From the NCBI GenBank assembly GCA_965261345.1, contig OZ253449.1, forward strand, positions 448,001 to 512,000: 64,000 nucleotides of DNA, in the 5' to 3' direction. Shown one piece after another: positions 1-17,332 of this stretch. This stretch comes from Chloroflexota bacterium (GTDB lineage Bacteria > Chloroflexota > UBA11872 > VXNJ01). Each line of letters starts with the position of its first letter. Position 1 is the first letter of the stretch. The notes under the pieces were generated by a model that saw only the letters and a list, made by a program, of their open reading frames with translations, was not told where the DNA came from and did no database searches. A program made the position numbers and the translations under genes.

Positions 1-146
1 ATCCGACCAAGATTATTCCGGCCGGCACGCCGTTTGCGCGGTTTGGTTAGTTTTTTTTCCGGACGCGAGCGGGTCAGGCCCGAAAAATCCACCGAGGCGT
101 ACTCGCGCCGCCCGGGGGACGTGGGTCGATAGGTTTTTATCGGCAT
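1..146 (-). CDS. rplB: 50S ribosomal protein L2, 5' part (runs off left edge)
   Basis: Manual translation from ATG at 146: MPIKTYRPTSPGRR...RAGRNNLGR, the typical L2 N-terminus; follows rplW. Confidence 0.95.
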   Translation of the reverse strand, partial: MPIKTYRPTSPGRREYASVDFSGLTRSRPEKKLTKPRKRRAGRNNLGR

Positions 147-168
147 CTTGGTTGACGATCCGTCTCTT

Positions 169-450
169 CTAGGCGCCGAACATGTCGATGCGATCGGTCT
201 CGACCAGCGTGACGATCGCCTTTTTCCAGTCCTTGGTGCGGCCGGTGTGGCGCCCGAAACGGCGACTGTGGCCACGCTGCTGGGTCACGTTGACCTTGGC
301 GACCTTCACCTGGAACAATAACTCGACCGCCTGCCTGATTTCAATCTTGTTGGCCGCCGAATTGACGCGGAACACATACTTGTTTTGCTCGGCCAAATAG
401 GTCGACTTCTCAGTCACCACCGGTGCCAACAACACTGCTGAAAGTTCCAT
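169..450 (-). CDS. rplW: 50S ribosomal protein L23
   Basis: PVVTEKS, NKYVFRV, ANKIEIRQAVE, WKKAIVTL motifs; S10 operon position. Confidence 0.97.
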   Translation of the reverse strand: MELSAVLLAPVVTEKSTYLAEQNKYVFRVNSAANKIEIRQAVELLFQVKVAKVNVTQQRGHSRRFGRHTGRTKDWKKAIVTLVETDRIDMFGA

Positions 451-453
451 GAT

Positions 454-1101
454 CTAAATCCGAGTTTCGACTAACGCGCTCAGCGCGGCCGGCGAGAAAA
501 CAAGGGTCTTGGCAAACAGGACTTCGTAGGTCGAAATCGTATCGACTCGGACCACCGACAGATTGGGAATATTCGCAGCTGAGCGAAGCAGTGAGGCGTT
601 GGGCTCCGAATCGACCAGCACAACTCTGCCGGTAAGTCCGGCGGCTGCCAGCCAGGTCGCCCGGGTCCGGGTGCGACCGTCGCCTAGGTCTAGCGGGTCG
701 GCCCCGCAAACTCCCGCGTTGCGGGCTTGCAACGCGAACGCTTGCGCGAAAGCCGTCCGTCGTTCGCGACGCGACAGGTTCTGCGAGCGGTTGAATGCCT
801 GCGGTGCAAACGCCACCCCACCGCCGCGCCAGATCGGCGAGCGGATCGAGCCGTGGCGAGCGCGACCGGTACCCTTTTGTCGCCACGGTTTGCGACCGCC
901 GCCCCTGACCTGGGATCGTGAAAGGGTTGACCGATTGCCTTGGGCGCGGTTGATTTCGTGGTCGGCGACCGCCCGTTTGAGCAGGTATTTGTTGACCTTG
1001 CAGTCGAGCAGGGCCGCCGGCAACGGCAGAGTTTCCCTGGTCTGGTTCCCGTCGGATCCGATAACCCGAATCGCCAACGGCGGATTTGCGCTATCGTTCA
1101 T
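454..1101 (-). CDS. rplD: 50S ribosomal protein L4
   Basis: [29 protein letters not shown] signature. Confidence 0.97.
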   Translation of the reverse strand: MNDSANPPLAIRVIGSDGNQTRETLPLPAALLDCKVNKYLLKRAVADHEINRAQGNRSTLSRSQVRGGGRKPWRQKGTGRARHGSIRSPIWRGGGVAFAPQAFNRSQNLSRRERRTAFAQAFALQARNAGVCGADPLDLGDGRTRTRATWLAAAGLTGRVVLVDSEPNASLLRSAANIPNLSVVRVDTISTYEVLFAKTLVFSPAALSALVETRI

Positions 1102-1104
1102 CGG

Positions 1105-1731
1105 TTAACCGACCGCCTCTATGGCCACCAGGCCGCCGTTCGGACCGGGAACCGGACCGCCAATTAACAGCAGGTTGCGTTCACGATCGACTCGGACCAA
1201 TCGCGCCCGCGATAGGGTCGTCTTCTGGCCGCCCGATCGGCCGGCCATTTTTTTGCCTTTAAAGACTCGCCCCGGATTGGTGCCCGCGCCGACCGAACCG
1301 GGTGCCCGTTCGCGGTCGGATTGTCCGTGGGTGCGGCGCCCACCGCGGAAACCGTGCCGTTTCATCACCCCAGTGAAACCGTGGCCTTTGCTGATTCCCG
1401 ACACCCGCACTCGACCGGCGTCGGCAATCTCCGCCACCGTGATTTGCTGGCCACGCTCGTAACCGGCGATCTGATCACTGGGAACCCGAAATTCGCGCAG
1501 ATGGCGAAAGGTGCCCAAGTCGCCCAGATGCCCCACTTCACCACCGGCGAGACGGTCCTGGCGAGTGGCGCCAAACGCCAACTGGATGGCATCATATCCA
1601 TCGGTTGCGGTGGACTTTACCTGGGCGACAACACACGGCCCGGCGCGCACCACGGTCACCGGGATGAATCGACCGGACTCATCATAGGTGTGGGTCATAC
1701 CCAGCTTGGTCCCAAGCAGCGCGGTTGTCAT
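1105..1731 (-). CDS. rplC: 50S ribosomal protein L3
   Basis: LGTKLGMT, SKGHGFTGVMKRHGF, PGRVFKGKKMAG motifs. Confidence 0.97.
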   Translation of the reverse strand: MTTALLGTKLGMTHTYDESGRFIPVTVVRAGPCVVAQVKSTATDGYDAIQLAFGATRQDRLAGGEVGHLGDLGTFRHLREFRVPSDQIAGYERGQQITVAEIADAGRVRVSGISKGHGFTGVMKRHGFRGGRRTHGQSDRERAPGSVGAGTNPGRVFKGKKMAGRSGGQKTTLSRARLVRVDRERNLLLIGGPVPGPNGGLVAIEAVG

Positions 1732-1738
1732 CGTCAGG

Positions 1739-2098
1739 TTACGACTTCATCTCAATGTCGACACCGGCCGGCAAGTCCAGGCTCAGCAGGGCGTCCATCG
1801 TCTCTTGGTTGGGGTCGGAGACAAAGATCACTCGTCGGTGGGTGCGCATTTCAAATTGTTCACGCGAGTCTTTGTCGATGAACGGCGAGCGAATCACTGT
1901 CCACTTGTTCTTGGTCGTCGGCAATGGGACCGCGGTTACGGTGGCACCACTGCGTCGCACGCTGTCGAGAATTCGGTGGACCGACTGATCTAGCACCCGA
2001 TGATCGTAGGCGTTGAGGCGGATTCGGAAGCGTTGCTGCCGCGGTTGACTCCGCCGCCGCGGCGCATTCCGTCGTCTGGTTCTAGTACGCTGTGCCAC
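1739..2098 (-). CDS. rpsJ: 30S ribosomal protein S10 (Arg-rich N-terminal extension)
   Basis: [37 protein letters not shown]; GTG start with upstream AAGGG. Confidence 0.96.
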   Translation of the reverse strand: MAQRTRTRRRNAPRRRSQPRQQRFRIRLNAYDHRVLDQSVHRILDSVRRSGATVTAVPLPTTKNKWTVIRSPFIDKDSREQFEMRTHRRVIFVSDPNQETMDALLSLDLPAGVDIEMKS

Positions 2099-2134
2099 GA
2101 TTGTTGCCCTTACCGCCGAATGAAGTCGCGAGGA

Positions 2135-3337
2135 CTACTTGATGATCTCGGTCACTGAACCGGCGCCGACGGTGACCCCACCCTCGCGGATGGCAAACCG
2201 CACGCCGCGTTCCAGGGCGATCGGAGTTATCAGGTTGACTTCCATTTCGACGTTGTCACCGGGAACTACCATTTCGGTTCCCTCAGGCAGCTTGATTTCC
2301 CCGGTAACGTCGGTAGTACGGATGTAAAACTGCGGACGATAACCGTGGAAGAACGGGGTGTGACGCCCGCCCTCCTGGCGCGAGAGCACGTATACCTCGG
2401 CCTTGAATTCATTGTGCGGAGTGATCGATTTCGGCTTTGCCAACACTTGCCCGCGCTCGACGTTATCGCGTTCAATCCCGCGCAGGAGGCAGCCGACGTT
2501 ATCCCCGGCCTGGCCTTCGTCAAGAGTTTTGCGGAACATTTCGACCCCGGTAACGACGACGCCTTCGCGTCCGTGGCCCAAGCCAACTATGTCGATTCGC
2601 TCACCAGTTTGAATCATTCCGCGTTCGATACGGCCAGTTACCACGGTACCACGCCCCTTGATCCCGAATACATCCTCGACCGGCATCAGGAAGTCCTGTT
2701 CGGTCGGGCGCGGCGGTGCCGGGATGTGGTTGTCGACGGCGTCAAGGAGTTCTCGAATGCCAGCGTAGTCATCATGCCCGATGTCGGTGGCGTCGGATTC
2801 GAGCGCCGACAACGCGGATCCGCGAATTACCGGCACGTTGTCACCGTCAAAGTCGCGCTCGGTGAGCAGGTCGCGAACTTCTAGTTCGACCAGTTCGATC
2901 AGTTCCTCGTCGTCGACGAGATCGCATTTATTGAGGAAAACAACCATCGAGGGCACCTCGACCTGGCGGGCCAGGAGAACGTGCTCACGGGTCTGTGGCA
3001 TCGGTCCATCGGGAGCCGAAACGACCAGGATCGCCCCGTCCATCTGGGCGGCGCCGGTAATCATGTTCTTGATGTAGTCGGCGTGGCCGGGACAGTCGAC
3101 GTGGGCGTAGTGGCGAGCCTCGGTCTGGTATTCGACGTGCTGGATGGCGATAGTTATGCCACGCGCCTTCTCTTCAGGTGCGTTGTCGATAGATTCAAAC
3201 GGGCGGAAGTCAGCGCCGCCGGTCAGCGCCAGCGTCTTTGTGATCGCTGCCGTGAGCGTCGTCTTGCCGTGGTCGATGTGACCAATCGTGCCGATGTTGA
3301 CATGCGGCTTGGTGCGCTCAAATTTCTGTCGTGCCAT
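2135..3337 (-). CDS. tuf: Elongation factor Tu
   Basis: Start [27 protein letters not shown] at 3337 (ORF track extends 48 codons too far); [19 protein letters not shown]. Confidence 0.98.
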   Translation of the reverse strand: MARQKFERTKPHVNIGTIGHIDHGKTTLTAAITKTLALTGGADFRPFESIDNAPEEKARGITIAIQHVEYQTEARHYAHVDCPGHADYIKNMITGAAQMDGAILVVSAPDGPMPQTREHVLLARQVEVPSMVVFLNKCDLVDDEELIELVELEVRDLLTERDFDGDNVPVIRGSALSALESDATDIGHDDYAGIRELLDAVDNHIPAPPRPTEQDFLMPVEDVFGIKGRGTVVTGRIERGMIQTGERIDIVGLGHGREGVVVTGVEMFRKTLDEGQAGDNVGCLLRGIERDNVERGQVLAKPKSITPHNEFKAEVYVLSRQEGGRHTPFFHGYRPQFYIRTTDVTGEIKLPEGTEMVVPGDNVEMEVNLITPIALERGVRFAIREGGVTVGAGSVTEIIK

Positions 3338-3428
3338 ATTTGATCTGCCCCTTGGAGCTGATACTTCGAAAAGTTTTAGGTGGTTGCCAGTTGGCTGTTG
3401 ATTGGATTTGGTAGTTACGGATTGGGAT

Positions 3429-5486
3429 TTAGGTGCGGGCCGTGGCCAGGGTGCCGGCGTTGACTGGTTCGTAGCGGGCAAATTCCATTGAGAAGGTGCC
3501 GCGCCCTTGGGTCTGCGAACGCAATTCGCTAGCGTAGCCGAACATTCCAGCCAGCGGTATGTCGGCCTCGATTAGAACTTCCGATCCATCGCTGTCGGCA
3601 CGACGAATAGCGCCCCGCTTGGATGCAAGGTTTCCGATGATTTCTCCCATATATGTATCCGGCGCGCGGATTTCAAGTTCCATGATTGGTTCAAGCGCCA
3701 CCGCGGATGCGCGCTCGTAGGCATTGCGAACGGCGATGGCGGCGGCAATCCGGAAAGCGATTTCCGAAGAGTCGACCGCGTGGTAAGAACCGTCGATAAC
3801 TCTGGTGTGCACGCCGGTCATTTGATAGCCGTGCGGCCCCTCGGTCATGGCGTCGCCGACGCCCTGCTGCACGGCGGCCATGAATTCTAAGGGAATTGAA
3901 CCACCCACGACTCGGCTTTGATAGGTGTTCTCGCCGCCCTCGGGGCGCGGCTCAATCTCCAGGACGACATGGCCGTATTGGCCGCGGCCACCACTCTGGC
4001 GAACAAATTTCCCGACTCCAGTCGCCGCCCGCCGGATGGTTTCGCGGTAGGCGACCTGCGGGGCCCCGACCGAGGATCGGACCGAGAACTCGCGAAGGAG
4101 CCGGTCAATGATCACTTCCAGGTGAAGCTCACCCATCCCGGCGATCAGGGTCTGGCCGGTTTCCTGGTCGGAGGTAACCCGGAACGTTGGATCCTCGTCG
4201 GCCAGGCGAACCAGCGCCGAGGAGAGTTTGTCCTGGTCGGCCCGACTTGCCGGCTCGACCGCGACCTTTACGACTGGCTCGGGGAAATTGATCGATTCAA
4301 GAACGACTGGATTGTTCCGGTCGCACATCGTATCGCCGGTGAAGGTGTCCTTAAGGCCAATGATCGCCCCGATCTGGCCAGCTTCAAGTCCACTATCCAA
4401 CTGCTCGCGCTTGTCGGCGTGCATGCGCAGGATACGCCCCACCCGTTCACGCGATTTGCGGGTGGAATTAAAGATGTAACTGCCGGGGTTGATCTGTCCG
4501 GAATAGACCCGCACGTAAGTTAGTCGACCGGAGAACGGGTCGGTGGTCACTTTGAAAGCAAGGGCCGCCGTAGGGGCACCGGTATCCGGAGGGCACTTGA
4601 TCGGTTCGCCGGTCTTTGGGTGCTCTCCAGAAATGACTGGAACATCCAGCGGTGATGGCAGATAGTCAACGATCGAATCGATTACGGCCTCGATGCCCTT
4701 ATTGCGCAGCGCCGAACCGCAAAAGACCGGAATTGCCGAGTTGGCGATCGTGATTCGGCGCAACGCCGAACGCAGATCGTCGCTGGTCACTTCCTGGACC
4801 TCAAGGAATTTCTCAGCAATTTTCATGTCGAAGTCGGCAACTTCTTCGATCAGTCGCTCCCGGGCTGCGCCCGCCGCCGCGGCATATTCAGGATCGATCG
4901 CGGACACCTCGACGTGGCGGTCTCCATCGGCAACGAAATTTCGCTGCTTGAACGCGACTAGGTCGACCACCGCCCGAAATTCGTCTTCGATTCCGATCGG
5001 CATCTGACAGGAGATTGGATGGGCATTGAGTCGGTCGCGGATCATTGCCAACGTGCGCTCGAGACTCGCTCCGCGTCGATCCATCTTGTTGACCAGGGCA
5101 ATTCTCGGAACCGAGTATTTGTTGGCCTGTCGCCAGACGGTCTCCGACTGCGGCTGCACTCCGGCAACGGCGTCGAAGACGACCACCCCGCCATCTAGGA
5201 CCCGCAATGACCGCTCAACCTCGGCCGTAAAGTCGACGTGGCCCGGAGTGTCGATGATGTTGATCATGTGGTCGCGCCACTGGCAGGTGGTCGCGGCCGA
5301 TGTAATGGTTATTCCGCGCTCCCGTTCCTGGACCATCCAGTCCATCGTCGCCGCCCCCTCGTGAACCTCACCGGTACGGTGGATTCGCCCGGTATAAAGC
5401 AGGATTCGCTCGGTAACCGTGGTCTTTCCAGCATCGATATGGGCGATGACGCCGATATTGCGGGTACGGGCAAGTTGGGCCGACAA
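3429..5486 (-). CDS. fusA: Elongation factor G
   Basis: [49 protein letters not shown]; TTG start. Confidence 0.98.
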   Translation of the reverse strand: MSAQLARTRNIGVIAHIDAGKTTVTERILLYTGRIHRTGEVHEGAATMDWMVQERERGITITSAATTCQWRDHMINIIDTPGHVDFTAEVERSLRVLDGGVVVFDAVAGVQPQSETVWRQANKYSVPRIALVNKMDRRGASLERTLAMIRDRLNAHPISCQMPIGIEDEFRAVVDLVAFKQRNFVADGDRHVEVSAIDPEYAAAAGAARERLIEEVADFDMKIAEKFLEVQEVTSDDLRSALRRITIANSAIPVFCGSALRNKGIEAVIDSIVDYLPSPLDVPVISGEHPKTGEPIKCPPDTGAPTAALAFKVTTDPFSGRLTYVRVYSGQINPGSYIFNSTRKSRERVGRILRMHADKREQLDSGLEAGQIGAIIGLKDTFTGDTMCDRNNPVVLESINFPEPVVKVAVEPASRADQDKLSSALVRLADEDPTFRVTSDQETGQTLIAGMGELHLEVIIDRLLREFSVRSSVGAPQVAYRETIRRAATGVGKFVRQSGGRGQYGHVVLEIEPRPEGGENTYQSRVVGGSIPLEFMAAVQQGVGDAMTEGPHGYQMTGVHTRVIDGSYHAVDSSEIAFRIAAAIAVRNAYERASAVALEPIMELEIRAPDTYMGEIIGNLASKRGAIRRADSDGSEVLIEADIPLAGMFGYASELRSQTQGRGTFSMEFARYEPVNAGTLATART

Positions 5487-5543
5487 ATGAAATAACCTAC
5501 GCAGCGGTTGGTTCGAAAGGGAGGAGGGTCTAGCGGGTAATTT

Positions 5544-6014
5544 CTACCAGCGGTAATGGGCGAAAGCTTTGTTAGCTTCGGCCATCCTGTGGCTCTCTTC
5601 ACGGCGCCGGACCGCTTGGCCTTCATGCCGGTACGCGTCAAGGATTTCACCGGCCAGTCGCCGGATCATCGTCTTCTCGCCGCGTCGTCGAGCAGCCCGA
5701 ACCAACCAGCGGGCAGCGAGGGAATAACGTCGCTCGCCGCGGATTTCAACTGGAACCTGGTAAGTTGCGCCGCCGACTCGCCGGGGCTTAACTTCCAACT
5801 GCGGCGTGGCGTTGCGCAGCGCCTGCTCGAAGACCTCGATCGGATTCTGGTTAATCCGTTCCTCGATCAGGTCAAAGGCGTCGTAGAGAATCCGACGAGC
5901 CAAGCTCTTTTTGCCGCGCGTCATAAGGACATTGATAAAGCGCGATACTGAGCGGTTGCCAAATTTAGGGTCCGGCAGAACCGGTCTGCGAGTCGGGCGG
6001 TTGCGACGGGGCAT
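5544..6014 (-). CDS. rpsG: 30S ribosomal protein S7
   Basis: [32 protein letters not shown]. Confidence 0.98.
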   Translation of the reverse strand: MPRRNRPTRRPVLPDPKFGNRSVSRFINVLMTRGKKSLARRILYDAFDLIEERINQNPIEVFEQALRNATPQLEVKPRRVGGATYQVPVEIRGERRYSLAARWLVRAARRRGEKTMIRRLAGEILDAYRHEGQAVRRREESHRMAEANKAFAHYRW

Positions 6015-6064
6015 CTTGGAGTCGGCTAGCGGTTGAAAATGACGTTGTAAATGGTAATGGAGTT

Positions 6065-6478
6065 TTAGACGTCGCGTTTGGAACCGTATTTTGAACGGCC
6101 CTGGCGTCGGTTTTCGACTCCGGTGGCGTCGTAAGCGCCACGCACGATGTGATAACGCACGCCAGGAAGGTCGCGAACGCGACCACCGCGCACCAGGACA
6201 ACTGAGTGCTCCTGGAGGGTGTGTCCCTCGCCAGGGATGTAGGCGAGCAGTTCCATACCGTTCGACAGCCTAACCCGGGCGACTTTACGCAAAGCTGAAT
6301 TCGGCTTTTTCGGCGTCACCGTACGAACCTGCACGCACACCCCACGTTTCTGGGGCGCCCCGCCGGTGCGAACCAAGCGTCGCTTGTTGGAGTTATAGGA
6401 GTAGTGCAGCGCCGGGGTCGTCACCTTGCGCCGGGGACTGCGTCGGCCCTTGCGGACCAATTGATTAATGGTGGGCAA
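6065..6478 (-). CDS. rpsL: 30S ribosomal protein S12 (long form with N-terminal-loop insert)
   Basis: [34 protein letters not shown]; TTG start. Confidence 0.98.
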   Translation of the reverse strand: MPTINQLVRKGRRSPRRKVTTPALHYSYNSNKRRLVRTGGAPQKRGVCVQVRTVTPKKPNSALRKVARVRLSNGMELLAYIPGEGHTLQEHSVVLVRGGRVRDLPGVRYHIVRGAYDATGVENRRQGRSKYGSKRDV

Positions 6479-6558
6479 GGCAATACCTAAGGGCCGTCCA
6501 AATGGTGGGGATGCGGAACGAAAATCCGCCGGCCCGCCCTCTCGGGCAAGGCTCGCTC

Positions 6559-6567
6559 AGTATAGCA
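6559..6567 (-). promoter_or_regulatory. Putative extended -10 promoter (TGcTATACT) for rpsL/str operon
   Basis: Minus strand reads aatTGcTATACTgag about 80 nt upstream of the rpsL start, in the rpoC-rpsL spacer. Confidence 0.55.
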
Positions 6568-6598
6568 ATTTCCGGCATCGGCAACGCCCGGAGGCACC

Positions 6599-10963
<4,365 letters not shown>

Positions 10964-10981
10964 GTGTTTTCTCCTCTGACC

Positions 10982-14446
<3,465 letters not shown>

Positions 14447-14645
14447 ATGACGCACTCCAGGCTGAAAAGAGCCGGTTAATCGCAAATTGAGCGCGCACGT
14501 TGCTCAAGCGTGCAGGCAATGGGAATGGATTCAAAAAAGATCCATTGGACGACAAAATCCGAGCCGTTTATCCAATAACTTGGAACAACGACCTCGAAGG
14601 GTTCAAAAAGGGCGCTAAGAGCGACCTCCGCATTTCATTGTGGCA

Positions 14646-14654
14646 ATTTTAGCA
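14646..14654 (-). promoter_or_regulatory. Putative extended -10 promoter (TGcTAAAAT) for rpoB
   Basis: Minus strand reads gggTGcTAAAATtg about 200 nt upstream of rpoB; weak -35 TAGCGC at 17 nt spacing. Confidence 0.5.
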
Positions 14655-14729
14655 CCCCATCCGGCCTTGCGCTATGCGCATTTTCGAGTCGCTCCGGTTG
14701 GCGATCCGAAAGGGACAGACCGGGGAGGG

Positions 14730-15077
14730 CTAGCCCGGCGGCCAGGCCATTGGACGGCCGGCCAGGAGGTGTACGTGCAGATGCTCCACGGTCTGTAGGC
14801 CGTCGCGGCCCTGATTGATCACCAGCCGGTAGCCAGCTTCGTCGATCCCGCGGCTCCGGGCAAGATCGGTAAGTGCCCCGATCAGTTGCCCGGTGAGCAA
14901 TTCGTCAGACGCCCGCAGGTCGGCCGCGCCAGAGATGTGCCGCTTGGGAATCGCCAGCCAGTGGATTGGTGCAGCCGGGGCAATATCGGCAAATACGATC
15001 CAATCGCTTCCCTCGGACAGCACCGTTGACGGCAAATTACCGCCGACAATCTGGCAAAAAATGCATTCGGCGGTCAA
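14730..15077 (-). CDS. hinT: Histidine triad (HIT) nucleotide-binding protein
   Basis: CIFCQIV N-terminus, HLHVHLL triad, WPPG end; TTG start with AGGAGG SD. Confidence 0.9.
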   Translation of the reverse strand: MTAECIFCQIVGGNLPSTVLSEGSDWIVFADIAPAAPIHWLAIPKRHISGAADLRASDELLTGQLIGALTDLARSRGIDEAGYRLVINQGRDGLQTVEHLHVHLLAGRPMAWPPG

Positions 15078-15123
15078 CTCGTCCTCCTGCCTGAAAGGCT
15101 GCAAGGTCTGTGCCCGGGCATTT

Positions 15124-16401
15124 TCAAACCGCAATCGGACTGGCCGCCAATAGGCCATCGCCGGACGCGGCCAGCACAACATCGGAGAGGGTTCCCGGGA
15201 TTGGGTTCAGCCCAACCGGCCGGGCCCGCAAATAGTGCTCGGTGAGTCCGATTACCGATCCTGCATGGTCGCGCTCCCAGATCACCCGCGCCTGCCGGCC
15301 CAGGAAACGGGCGGAAAATTCTTCGACCGCCTTTCCGGCGAGCTCAAGCGCCGACCGCATGCGCTGCCGGGAGACCGGTTCGGACACGTGGTCGGTCCGG
15401 CGGTCGGCCAGAGTGCGGGCACGACGCGAGTACGGGAATACATGCAGATAGGCGAATCCCGCCCGGCGGCAGAATTCAAGCGACTGCATGTGGTCGTCCT
15501 CGCTTTCCCCAGGGAAGCCGATCATCAGATCGGTCCCCATTGCGACGTCGGGATTGGCCTCGCGCAACTGTCCGAGCAGAGCCAAATAATCCGTTGGCCG
15601 GTAGGGGCGCCGCATGGCCCGCAGGGTTGTCTCCGACCCCGATTGCAGCGGGATGTGCAGGTGCGGGCAGATTCGGCCGCCGGCAAGCAGTTCGAAGAGC
15701 TCCGGGTCAAAGTCCATCGGTTCAATCGAGGACAGGCGCAATCGCGCTGGGTCGGCAACGTCGGCGGCGGCAGCGATCAACCCGCCCAAGCCGGTGCCGG
15801 TTTTCGGGCAGGCGTAGGATCCCAGCGCGATCCCGGCGATCACGATCTCGCCGGCCCCCCGGGCAACCCAAGCCCGGACCTGATCGAGAACCTGCTCGAG
15901 CGGCGCCGACCGCGGTCCGCCACGCGCCCTCGGTACTATGCAAAACGCGCAGCCGTGGCGACAACCTTCTTGAACCTTGATCGTTGGACGGGTGCGTCGA
16001 TGTTCGCCAAATCCAGCCAGCGGCGGGTCAAACCCTTCGCGCCAGGTGCCAAGCCGGGCGACGATCGCTTCGGCCAGCCGCGCCGGTGCGATCTTGCCCA
16101 TAACTCGGGCCCTGGGAAAAACGGATTCGAGCTCTTTAGGGGACGTTGCCGCATAGCAGCCGGTGATTACCAATTCGGCTTCGGGGTTCATGCGCAATGC
16201 ACGCGAGATCGCCTGCCGCGACTTGCGATCGGCCACGTGGGTTACGGTGCAGGTGTTAACGATCACGACATCGGCGCTGTCCCCGAATCGCACCATCTCC
16301 AAACCGGCGGCGGCCAGGCAGCGGGCAATCTCGTCGCTGTCGGCCTGATTTACGCGACAGCCAAGGGTCTTGAGGCCGAAGGTAGGCGCCGGCCTAGCCA
16401 T
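15124..16401 (-). CDS. mtaB: tRNA t6A37 methylthiotransferase (radical SAM, MtaB type)
   Basis: TLGCRVNQ, VNTCTVT, ITGCYA, KVQEGCRHGCAFC, RLRLSSIEP; lies downstream of prmA; ATG at 16401. Confidence 0.88.
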   Translation of the reverse strand: MARPAPTFGLKTLGCRVNQADSDEIARCLAAAGLEMVRFGDSADVVIVNTCTVTHVADRKSRQAISRALRMNPEAELVITGCYAATSPKELESVFPRARVMGKIAPARLAEAIVARLGTWREGFDPPLAGFGEHRRTRPTIKVQEGCRHGCAFCIVPRARGGPRSAPLEQVLDQVRAWVARGAGEIVIAGIALGSYACPKTGTGLGGLIAAAADVADPARLRLSSIEPMDFDPELFELLAGGRICPHLHIPLQSGSETTLRAMRRPYRPTDYLALLGQLREANPDVAMGTDLMIGFPGESEDDHMQSLEFCRRAGFAYLHVFPYSRRARTLADRRTDHVSEPVSRQRMRSALELAGKAVEEFSARFLGRQARVIWERDHAGSVIGLTEHYLRARPVGLNPIPGTLSDVVLAASGDGLLAASPIAV

Positions 16402-17332
16402 TGGTCGGTTCGGCGGCGCAACCTGGGCGGGAACATTCGACGGTGAGCCATTCGCTCTCGCCGGTGGTGGCCAACACATCCAAGCCGGCAGCGGCACACT
16501 GGCGAGCCAATCCAGCCCACCGCGGTTGATAAATCCCACCCAGCACGATCCGGCCGGCCGCGGCCTGCGCATAGAGTGGGAGCATCTCCGCGTGGGCGGC
16601 GGCGGTGATATTTGCCAATACCAGATCGAACCGCCCGAATCGTTCCAGCAATTGGGCCGACAGTCCGGCCGGGGCAAAAATGATCGCCTCGGCGCAGCGA
16701 TTGCGTTCGGCATTGCTCCTGGCCACCGCGACTGCCTCCCGATCAATGTCAATTGCCACCACCTCGGCGGCCCCCAGCTTGGTAGCGGCGACGGCCAGCA
16801 CGCCGCTGCCGGTGCCAACGTCCAACACCCGCTTGCCATTCATTGGGATGGATTGCAACCGGCTTAGCACGCCCCTAGTTGAAGGATGGAGGCCAGACCC
16901 AAAGGCCCCACCGGCGGCAATTTCCAACTCCAAGAAGCTGCCCGCGCCAGCGATCGGAACCGGCGTGGTTCCGGCCGGAATAATCCGGATCCTACCAACC
17001 GTAATCGGGCGCGCGTACCGCGCCTCCACAGAAAGCCATTGCTCGCGGGTCGTATCAGAAACCTGAGCCGCTCGCAACTCGGGCACGTTAAGTCCGGCCG
17101 CCATCCAGAGATCGGCGACCAGTGCTTCAGCCTGGCCCGCGGCCTCCGTTCCGCCGTCGAACCAGGCGGTGATCTGGCAACTTCCGGTCAGATTGCTCTC
17201 ATCCGGCGGCTCGGCAAGATATTCGTCTTCGACGGCCACCGCGTTGCCGGCCCGGCGCTGCATCAACAGGCGCACATCCTCGGCCAGGGCCGCCGGGACC
17301 CGGACCCGGACCTGCCGCCAAGCCTGGCTCAT
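16394..17332 (-). CDS. prmA: Ribosomal protein L11 methyltransferase
   Basis: AFGSGLHPST, VLDVGTGSGVLA, DLVLANI; follows dnaJ. Confidence 0.9.
   Translation of the reverse strand: MSQAWRQVRVRVPAALAEDVRLLMQRRAGNAVAVEDEYLAEPPDESNLTGSCQITAWFDGGTEAAGQAEALVADLWMAAGLNVPELRAAQVSDTTREQWLSVEARYARPITVGRIRIIPAGTTPVPIAGAGSFLELEIAAGGAFGSGLHPSTRGVLSRLQSIPMNGKRVLDVGTGSGVLAVAATKLGAAEVVAIDIDREAVAVARSNAERNRCAEAIIFAPAGLSAQLLERFGRFDLVLANITAAAHAEMLPLYAQAAAGRIVLGGIYQPRWAGLARQCAAAGLDVLATTGESEWLTVECSRPGCAAEPTNG

Noticed and set aside
3338-3481. 48-aa N-terminal extension of EF-Tu in the ORF track
   Set aside because: Overlaps the fusA end and an A/C-rich spacer; the canonical start MARQKF with AAGGGG SD is at 3337
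14487-14507. TTGAGC-N9-GCTCAA upstream of rpoB as a HAIR operator
   Set aside because: Spacer is 2 nt too long and it does not overlap a promoter; better explained as an RNA hairpin
14649-14675. CIRCE-like TTAGCACCC-N9-TTGCGCTAT
   Set aside because: Right arm matches only 5/9 and rpoB is not a HrcA target; the left arm is the complement of the extended -10
15235-16446. Long antisense or alternate-frame ORFs (for example 15235-16446, 36398-37540, 56405-57325, 62509-63621)
   Set aside because: Shadow ORFs of well-supported genes in high-GC DNA, with no motifs
16402-16839. 146-aa N-terminal extension of MtaB
   Set aside because: Alternative frame of prmA; homology begins at MARPAPTFGLKTLGC
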